Shown here piece by piece: positions 11,775-18,071 of a stretch of DNA of 64,000 nucleotides. A program made the translations under genes and the position numbers. The notes under the pieces were generated by a model. It saw only the letters and a program-made list of their open reading frames with translations, made no database searches and was not told the DNA's origin. Position 1 is the stretch's first letter. Each line of letters starts with the position of its first letter. The DNA is taken from contig QCMS01000005.1 of assembly GCA_003213555.1 (NCBI GenBank), positions 3,812 through 67,811 of the forward strand, written 5' to 3'. The DNA comes from Pelagibacteraceae bacterium AG-422-I02 (GTDB taxonomy: Bacteria > Pseudomonadota > Alphaproteobacteria > Pelagibacterales > Pelagibacteraceae).

Positions 11775-12689
11775 ATGTTGAAGAATAAAAACTACTCATC
11801 AATTGAAGGTATTAAATTATTTTTATCATCTGATGATACCACAAAAAATGTTATTTCATTTTATAAAGATGATCCTTTTCCAAATTATGAGTTGACGGAC
11901 AATAAACTTACAATTTTAGAAAAAGGTGATAATAATCTTTTTACTTCAAGTTTGAAAGAGTTTATCGGGTATAACAAAAAGATTTTGGAGGTTGGCGCAG
12001 GAACCTGTCAGTTATCAAATTATCTTGGAATAGGAAATAGAAATAATATTACTGCATTTGATGCAAATTTAAGTTCTCTTAAAATTGGTTCAGATTTTGC
12101 AAAAAAAAATGAAATAAAAAATATCAATTTTATATGTGGAGATATTTTCAATGAACATTTTGAGGATGAATATTTTGATATAATTTTATGTAACGGTGTT
12201 TTGCATCATACAAAAGATACTTTTGCAGCTATGGAAAAAATATCAAAGTCTTTAAAGAAAGATGGGATAATCCTAGTTGGCTTATACAATAAGTTTGGAA
12301 GGATAAGAACTTTCTTTAGGAAATTTATGTACAAATTATTAGGAAAAAAATATTTAATGTTATTTGATCCAGTTTTACGAAAAATTAATAAAAAATCTGT
12401 AAAAAAAATTGACGCCTGGATCAAAGATCAATACACACATCCTGTAGAAAGATCCCATACATATGATGAGCTTTTAGAAGCCTTTGAAAAAACAAATATT
12501 AAATTTTTTAATTCATTTCCTAGTTGCGATTTTTTTAATGAAACAGAGGACAATCAAAATATATCATCCCTCTTCAAAAGAGGAAATGAATGTAAAAAAA
12601 TAGATAGAATATTAACTCAAATCTCTATGATATTTAACAGACAAGGTGATGAAGGAGGGCTATATATTTTTTTAGGGCAAAAAAAATAA
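11775..12689 (+). CDS. Class I SAM-dependent methyltransferase
   Basis: ILEVGAGT, FDIILCNGVLHHT, FY...PFPNY and DQY.HP.E motifs. Confidence 0.85.
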   Translation: MLKNKNYSSIEGIKLFLSSDDTTKNVISFYKDDPFPNYELTDNKLTILEKGDNNLFTSSLKEFIGYNKKILEVGAGTCQLSNYLGIGNRNNITAFDANLSSLKIGSDFAKKNEIKNINFICGDIFNEHFEDEYFDIILCNGVLHHTKDTFAAMEKISKSLKKDGIILVGLYNKFGRIRTFFRKFMYKLLGKKYLMLFDPVLRKINKKSVKKIDAWIKDQYTHPVERSHTYDELLEAFEKTNIKFFNSFPSCDFFNETEDNQNISSLFKRGNECKKIDRILTQISMIFNRQGDEGGLYIFLGQKK

Positions 12690-12703
12690 GTTCAATTTTA
12701 ATT

Positions 12704-14536
12704 ATGACTTCAATATTAGGGATTTCAGCTTTTTATCACGACAGCGCAGCAACTTTAATTGTTGACGGAGAGATTATTGCTGCTGTTCAAGAGGAGAGAT
12801 TTACACGAAAAAAAAATGATGAACGTTATCCTTTTAACTCAATAGAATTTGTTCTCTCCGAAGGAAATATTAAATTAAGTGAAATTGATTACATCGTATT
12901 TTTTGAAAAACCTTTTTTAAAATTTGAAAGACTTTTAGAAACATATTTGGCTTTTGCTCCAAGTGGATTTAAATCATTTAGAATGTCAATGCCAATTTGG
13001 TTAAGAGAAAAATTATTCCAAAAAAAATTTTTATTTGAAAAATTAAAACAACATGATGATAATTTTAAAGACATAAATAAGATTAAATTTTCAGAACACC
13101 ATTATAGCCATGCTGCAAGTGCTTTTTTTCCGTCACCTTTTCAAGAAGCAGTAATTCTTACTTTGGATGGAGTAGGAGAATGGGCAACAACTACCTTAGC
13201 AATAGGAAAAAATAATAATTTAAAAATGTTGAAAGAAATTCATTTTCCCCACTCTTTAGGTCTCTTATATTCAGCATTTACCTATTATACAGGTTTTAAG
13301 GTGAATAGTGGTGAATATAAACTGATGGGTCTAGCGCCTTATGGCAATCCAATTTTTAAAGATAAAATTTTAGAAAACCTAGTAGACATTAAAGAGGACG
13401 GTTCATTCAGACTTAATATGAAATACTTCAATTACGCAACTGGTCTCACAATGACTAACGAAAAATTTTCTTTATTATTTGGTAATCCTGTGAGGGATCC
13501 TATTAAAGATAAAATTACTCAATTTCATATGGATATAGCTGCGTCTATTCAAGCTGTAACTGAGGAGATTATTTTAAAATTAACAAAATCCATAAGGAAA
13601 GAATATAACATAAAATATTTGTGCTTAGCAGGAGGCGTTGCATTAAACTGTGTAGCGAATGGAAGGATTTTAAAAAATAAAATATTTGAAAATATATGGA
13701 TTCAGCCAGCAGCAGGAGATGCTGGAGGTTCATTAGGCGCAGCACTTGGTTATTGGTTTCGAGAATTATCAAATCCAAGAAAAGAATTTAAAGATAAAAT
13801 GTCTGGTTCTTATCTAGGTCCAAAGTACGATAATTTAACTGTAGAAAAAAATTTAATAAAATTAGACGCTAATTTTGAAAAGTTAGATGACGAAAAATTG
13901 ATGAAAACTGTAGCAAAAGAATTAAGTCAAAATAAGATTATTGGTTGGTTTCAAGGAAAAATGGAATTTGGGCCAAGAGCATTGGGATCTAGGTCAATTC
14001 TAGCTAATCCAACCTCTGAAACAATGCAAAAAGAATTAAATTTGAAGATTAAATTTAGGGAAAGTTTTAGGCCATTTGCACCGTCTGTATTAAGTGAGGA
14101 AGCTTCTAGTTGGTTTTATCTAGAGAATGAAAGTCCATACATGACTTTAGTTGCAGAAGTTAAAGATGATAAAAAAATTAAGTCCGATTTACAAAAAAAT
14201 TTATTTGGAATAGAAAAACTAAATTTAAAAAGGTCTTCAATACCCGCAGTTACTCATGTAGATTATTCTGCAAGGATACAAACTGTTCATAAAGATACTA
14301 ATCCAAGATACCACAATTTAATTTCGGAGTTTTTTAAATTAACAAATTGCCCAATATTAGTTAACACTTCTTTTAATGTTAGAGGTGAACCGATAGTGTG
14401 CACAATAGAGGATGCTTATAAATGTTTTATGGGGACAAATCTAGATGTACTGGTTTGTGAAAACTTTATTTTGTATAAAGAAAAACAAATTAATGAAAAT
14501 AAAGAAAATTATAAAGATAAATTTAAACAAGATTAA
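12704..14536 (+). CDS. O-carbamoyltransferase, NodU/CmcH/TobZ (SxtI-like) family
   Basis: ILGISAFYHDSAA, EERFTRKK, EHHYSHAASAF, DGVGE, AGGVALNC, EFGPRALG.RS, FRPFAP, NTSFN. Confidence 0.95.
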   Translation: MTSILGISAFYHDSAATLIVDGEIIAAVQEERFTRKKNDERYPFNSIEFVLSEGNIKLSEIDYIVFFEKPFLKFERLLETYLAFAPSGFKSFRMSMPIWLREKLFQKKFLFEKLKQHDDNFKDINKIKFSEHHYSHAASAFFPSPFQEAVILTLDGVGEWATTTLAIGKNNNLKMLKEIHFPHSLGLLYSAFTYYTGFKVNSGEYKLMGLAPYGNPIFKDKILENLVDIKEDGSFRLNMKYFNYATGLTMTNEKFSLLFGNPVRDPIKDKITQFHMDIAASIQAVTEEIILKLTKSIRKEYNIKYLCLAGGVALNCVANGRILKNKIFENIWIQPAAGDAGGSLGAALGYWFRELSNPRKEFKDKMSGSYLGPKYDNLTVEKNLIKLDANFEKLDDEKLMKTVAKELSQNKIIGWFQGKMEFGPRALGSRSILANPTSETMQKELNLKIKFRESFRPFAPSVLSEEASSWFYLENESPYMTLVAEVKDDKKIKSDLQKNLFGIEKLNLKRSSIPAVTHVDYSARIQTVHKDTNPRYHNLISEFFKLTNCPILVNTSFNVRGEPIVCTIEDAYKCFMGTNLDVLVCENFILYKEKQINENKENYKDKFKQD

Positions 14537-14634
14537 TTGATTTAAGTTTATTAATTCTATATATATTTAAAACTAATTTTAACATAATTAAATCTTAAAA
14601 ATTTACAAATAAATATATAGTTACTTTAAAAATT

Positions 14635-14787
14635 ATGATTGATTTTTTAAAAGAGTTTTTGCTTTTTTTAAAAGAGAGAAAAAAAATTTGGCTTTACCCA
14701 ATTTTTTTAATACTTGGAATTTTTGGCATATTGATTGTATTAGGGCAAGGATCAACTGTAGCACCTTTTATTTATGCAATATTCTAA
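14635..14787 (+). CDS. SxtK/DUF5989-like 50-aa membrane peptide (absent from ORF track)
   Basis: My translation: MIDFLKEFLLFLKERKKIWLYPIFLILGIFGILIVLGQGSTVAPFIYAIF*; RKK.WL.P and APFIY..F match the SxtK-type peptides found beside such carbamoyltransferases. Confidence 0.85.
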   Translation: MIDFLKEFLLFLKERKKIWLYPIFLILGIFGILIVLGQGSTVAPFIYAIF

Positions 14788-15907
14788 ATTAACTAATATA
14801 AAAAAATATATTTTCTATTTTTTTACTTTTTTTTTAATAATGGTATTTTTTTTCTTAATTGATTTTTTATTGAGCAATACAATTCTAAAGAACAAATTAT
14901 GTTTGGACTATACGACAAACAAAAAAGGATATTTTTATTTTTTAAAAAAAAATTGTCATACACGCGAACGTTTTAAAAGTAGCTTTCCTTCAAATAATTT
15001 ATACACAGATAATTTTGGATTAAGAACTGGAAAAAATACAAAAAAAGATCCTACTTTAAAGAACATATTAGTATTTGGTGACTCGATGACTTATGGAGTG
15101 GGATTAGATTATGAAAAAACTTTCGCAGGGATAATCGATGAAAAAATGCAAAATTATAATTTATATAACTTCGGTGTTGGTTCATATGCACCATCCGTTC
15201 ATTTATATAAGTTGAGACAGGCTATAAAGCAAAATATTATACCTGATAAGATATTATTATTTTTAGATTTATCAGACGTTAACGATGAGGCTAGAAGATG
15301 GGTTGATGATGAAGAAAGTACTGATGGTATACCAAGAAGACCTGAAAATAAACCCAATTGGGCAAAAGAAAAAAAATTTTTTACAAAAAATTTTAAATTA
15401 TCAAAAGATATTTCGTCAATTATTAACTTTAATTTAAGAAATTTTAGAGATAGAGCTAAAACATCTCTAATACATAATGAGGAAAATTTAAAAATAAAAT
15501 TTAGTGTCCAAGGACAGTTTACTTACACAAAGCTAGATAATTTAGATAGAAGTTTTTGGAAAGATGGTGAATTTCTATATGGTTTGAATAAAATTAAAAA
15601 AAAGATATCTCAAATATCGTTATTAGCTAAAGAAAATAATTCAAAATTTTATTTAATAATTTATCCATGGGGTGAGACACTTTTTAAAGGAGAAAAAGAA
15701 TTTAGTTGGTCAAATTTTGGTAATGATTTATGCAAAATAAATGATTGTGTTTTAATTAATGCTATTCCAGAATTTAATAAATATAAAGAAATAAATAAAA
15801 ATTGGTTAAATGAACTGTATTTTCTTAACGATGAACATTTAAATAAAGGTGGTGCTAATTTTTTAGCAAATATTGTTTTAAAAAAAATTGATAAAGATGG
15901 AAAATAA
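14774..15907 (+). CDS. Membrane-anchored SGNH/GDSL-fold protein
   Basis: N-terminal TM helix; block I GDSMTYG, block II NFGVGSY, C-terminal D.HLN..G; overlaps the SxtK-like ORF by 14 nt. Confidence 0.8.
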   Translation: MQYSKLTNIKKYIFYFFTFFLIMVFFFLIDFLLSNTILKNKLCLDYTTNKKGYFYFLKKNCHTRERFKSSFPSNNLYTDNFGLRTGKNTKKDPTLKNILVFGDSMTYGVGLDYEKTFAGIIDEKMQNYNLYNFGVGSYAPSVHLYKLRQAIKQNIIPDKILLFLDLSDVNDEARRWVDDEESTDGIPRRPENKPNWAKEKKFFTKNFKLSKDISSIINFNLRNFRDRAKTSLIHNEENLKIKFSVQGQFTYTKLDNLDRSFWKDGEFLYGLNKIKKKISQISLLAKENNSKFYLIIYPWGETLFKGEKEFSWSNFGNDLCKINDCVLINAIPEFNKYKEINKNWLNELYFLNDEHLNKGGANFLANIVLKKIDKDGK

Positions 15908-16013
15908 TTTTTTTTTACTTCTTTAAAACTCTTGTGTATTAATATAATAACAATAACAACAAAAATAACGACGTGCCCTCGTGGTGAAATTGGTAGACAC
16001 AAAGGACTTAAAA
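15890..16013 (+). repeat. 124-bp direct repeat, copy 1 (tRNA-Leu upstream region plus 5' half of the tRNA)
   Basis: Aligns with 17117-17240 (offset 1227) with 4 mismatches by eye; identity ends exactly after the anticodon loop CTTAAAA. Confidence 0.95.
15975..16013 (+). pseudogene. Truncated 5' half of tRNA-Leu(TAA), att-like remnant
   Basis: GCCCTCGTGGTGAAATTGGTAGACACAAAGGACTTAAAA is identical to 17202-17240 and is followed by unrelated sequence. Confidence 0.9.
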
Positions 16014-16136
16014 CACCAGGGATTCACAAACTTCATTGTCTCAGACGGTATCAGGTAGTCTCAAAACATTATTAATCCAAGCCTTCTTATTTAATCCTTC
16101 AATTAATAATGGAATTCAATAAAAATTAATACGTGC

Positions 16137-16160
16137 AGACTAGGTGCAAACTAGGAGATA
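16137..16160 (+). repeat. 24-bp direct repeat AGACTAGGTGCAAACTAGGAGATA, copy 1
   Basis: Exact copy at 17097-17120; ACTAGG recurs at 16139, 16150 and 16161 (11-bp period). Confidence 0.9.
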
Positions 16161-16248
16161 ACTAGGGGACAAAGAGGGTGAATTTGGTAAGATGATTTAA
16201 TGAAAAAACTTTTAGGGATCTTGGTTCTGTGTTGGTTGTAAAGTAAAT

Positions 16249-17031
16249 ATGACAGAGTTAAATCAAAATCAATTAGATCAATATGCAAAAAAGATTTTAG
16301 AGGATTATGATGCCAATAACCCAGGCACAATTTTTAAAACAAAATTAAAATTAAGTAATGATGATGCATTACTTATACAAGCAAAAGTTTCAAAATTAAG
16401 AGTCAAAAGAGGTGAGAAAGTTTTAGGTTATAAGATAGGTTGTGTTGCTAAAGAAACTCAAAAAAAAATGGGTTTCAATCAACCTGCCTGGGGAACACTA
16501 TGGAAAAGTGAATTACACCAGAGTGGTGTAGAACTAAATAAAAAAAATTATTCAAATCCTGCAATGGAAGCAGAATTTGGAATTAAGTTAAATCGGGATA
16601 TTGATCCAAAATTAGTTTCTTTTGATTATATTTTGGCATCTATAGAGTCAATTTATCCGCTAATAGAAATTCATAATTTAGTTTTTAATGGTGTTGAGCC
16701 TCATGGAGCAGAGCTTCTTGCTAATAATGCTTTGCATGCCGGAGTGGTTTTAGGACCAGAAACTAAACTTTCTAAAGATAAAAAAACAACAGACCTTAAA
16801 CTAATTTATGATAATGAAATTGTTGATACTTGGATAGATAAAAAATGGCCTTATGATATTTTGTCTGAAGTTGAGTGGTTAATTAAAGAGCACGAAAAAA
16901 TAAACAATATTTTAAAAAAAGATGATTTAATTTTAACTGGTGCATACGGATTTCCAGTTCCTATCAATGATAAAAAATTTATTGAAGTTAAATCTTCCTC
17001 ATTTGGTGATGTGAAAGCAACGTTTAATTAA
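16249..17031 (+). CDS. 2-keto-4-pentenoate hydratase / FAH-family (MhpD-like) protein
   Basis: GYKIG....Q..MG..QP.WG.L, MEAEFG, P.IEI, ANNA..AG.VLG, ILTGA. Confidence 0.85.
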   Translation: MTELNQNQLDQYAKKILEDYDANNPGTIFKTKLKLSNDDALLIQAKVSKLRVKRGEKVLGYKIGCVAKETQKKMGFNQPAWGTLWKSELHQSGVELNKKNYSNPAMEAEFGIKLNRDIDPKLVSFDYILASIESIYPLIEIHNLVFNGVEPHGAELLANNALHAGVVLGPETKLSKDKKTTDLKLIYDNEIVDTWIDKKWPYDILSEVEWLIKEHEKINNILKKDDLILTGAYGFPVPINDKKFIEVKSSSFGDVKATFN

Positions 17032-17096
17032 GGAGCGTTCTGTTGCCAGGTGCTGTGAATAGAAAAAACTAACTTATTGTCCTATAAAATATGGGA

Positions 17097-17120
17097 AGAC
17101 TAGGTGCAAACTAGGAGATA
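17097..17120 (+). repeat. 24-bp direct repeat, copy 2
   Basis: Identical to 16137-16160; runs into copy 2 of the 124-bp repeat. Confidence 0.9.
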
Positions 17121-17240
17121 GAGACGGAAAATAATTTTTTTTTACTTATTTAAAACTCTTGTGTATTAATATACTAACAATAACAACAAAAATAACGACG
17201 TGCCCTCGTGGTGAAATTGGTAGACACAAAGGACTTAAAA
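17117..17240 (+). repeat. 124-bp direct repeat, copy 2 (part of the intact tRNA-Leu locus)
   Basis: See 15890-16013. Confidence 0.95.
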
Positions 17241-17287
17241 TCCTTGCCCTTTTGGGAGTGCCAGTTCGAGTCTGGCCGAGGGCACCA
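17202..17287 (+). tRNA. tRNA-Leu(TAA)
   Basis: GCCCTCG/CGAGGGC acceptor, AAGGA-CTTAAAA-TCCTT anticodon arm, long variable arm, TTCGAGT loop, encoded CCA. Confidence 0.97.
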
Positions 17288-17296
17288 AACAGATAA

Positions 17297-18064
17297 ATGA
17301 CAAAACCAAAAATAATTTCTGATAAAAATTTAAAATCTCTTAGAATAAAAAAACAACTAAAAAATATTGTTAAAGAAAATTTAGCAAAAAATAATCTCAT
17401 TATTGTTATTGGTGGCGATGGTTTTATGTTGCAAACACTAAAAAAAAACAAAAATTCAAATAAGATATTTTATGGGATTAATTCTGGTAATTATGGATTT
17501 TTAATGAATAAATTTTCTAAAAAATTACTTATAAAAAATATCTTAAAATCTAAAATTACTAATATACACCCATTAGAAATGATAGTTACAACAAAAAATA
17601 AAAAAAAGATAAAAAGTTTAGCTATTAATGAAATATCAATACTTAGACAAAGTAGACAGGCAGCAAATATATCTATAAAAAATCAGTCTAAATACATAAT
17701 TAAAAAACTTATTTCTGATGGAGTTTTATTCTCTACTCCAGCAGGAAGCACAGCTTATAATTTATCAGTGCATGGGCCGATTTTGAACTTAAATTCAAAA
17801 AAAATCTCTATTGCACCAATTAGTGCTTTTAGACCAAGAAGATGGAAAGGTAAAATTGTCAGAGATAATTCAAATTTAATTGTAAAAAATTTAAATCCAG
17901 AAAAAAGACCAATAAGTGCAGTAGCTGACAATTTTGAAGTACGAAATGCTAAATCAATAAGAATAAAATCAAATAAGGATATAAGTTTTAATCTTCTATT
18001 TGATAGAAATAAAAGTTTACAAAAAAAAATTAAACTTGAACAACTAAAAAAAGAAATAAGTTAA
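17297..18064 (+). CDS. nadK: NAD kinase
   Basis: GGDGFML, G..GFLMN, AINE, DG....TPAGSTAYNLS. Confidence 0.95.
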   Translation: MTKPKIISDKNLKSLRIKKQLKNIVKENLAKNNLIIVIGGDGFMLQTLKKNKNSNKIFYGINSGNYGFLMNKFSKKLLIKNILKSKITNIHPLEMIVTTKNKKKIKSLAINEISILRQSRQAANISIKNQSKYIIKKLISDGVLFSTPAGSTAYNLSVHGPILNLNSKKISIAPISAFRPRRWKGKIVRDNSNLIVKNLNPEKRPISAVADNFEVRNAKSIRIKSNKDISFNLLFDRNKSLQKKIKLEQLKKEIS

Positions 18065-18071
18065 TCCAATT

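Larger units (their letters stand above)
16014..17240. mobile_element. Putative integrase-less mini-element/islet inserted at the 5' side of tRNA-Leu(TAA)
   Basis: Bounded by the tRNA 5'-half duplication; internal 24-bp direct repeats; one cargo gene; no recombinase in the window. Confidence 0.6.

Noticed and set aside
11377-15907. Saxitoxin biosynthesis cluster
   Set aside because: Only sxtI/J/K/L-like genes are present. There is no sxtA, sxtG, sxtB or other core gene in the window, and these families are widespread outside toxin producers.
16137-17120. CRISPR array
   Set aside because: Only two copies of the 24-mer, 960 bp apart; no spacer periodicity and no cas genes.
15975-17287. Group I intron-containing or split tRNA-Leu(UAA)
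   Set aside because: The downstream tRNA is complete on its own. The break is after the whole anticodon loop rather than within the anticodon, and no orphan 3' half or intron core is visible.
15661-17451. Minus-strand ORFs 15661-16002 and 17146-17451 sharing CLPISPRGHVVIFVVIV
   Set aside because: The shared peptide is just the antisense reading of the 124-bp repeat and tRNA. The ORFs overlap real genes.
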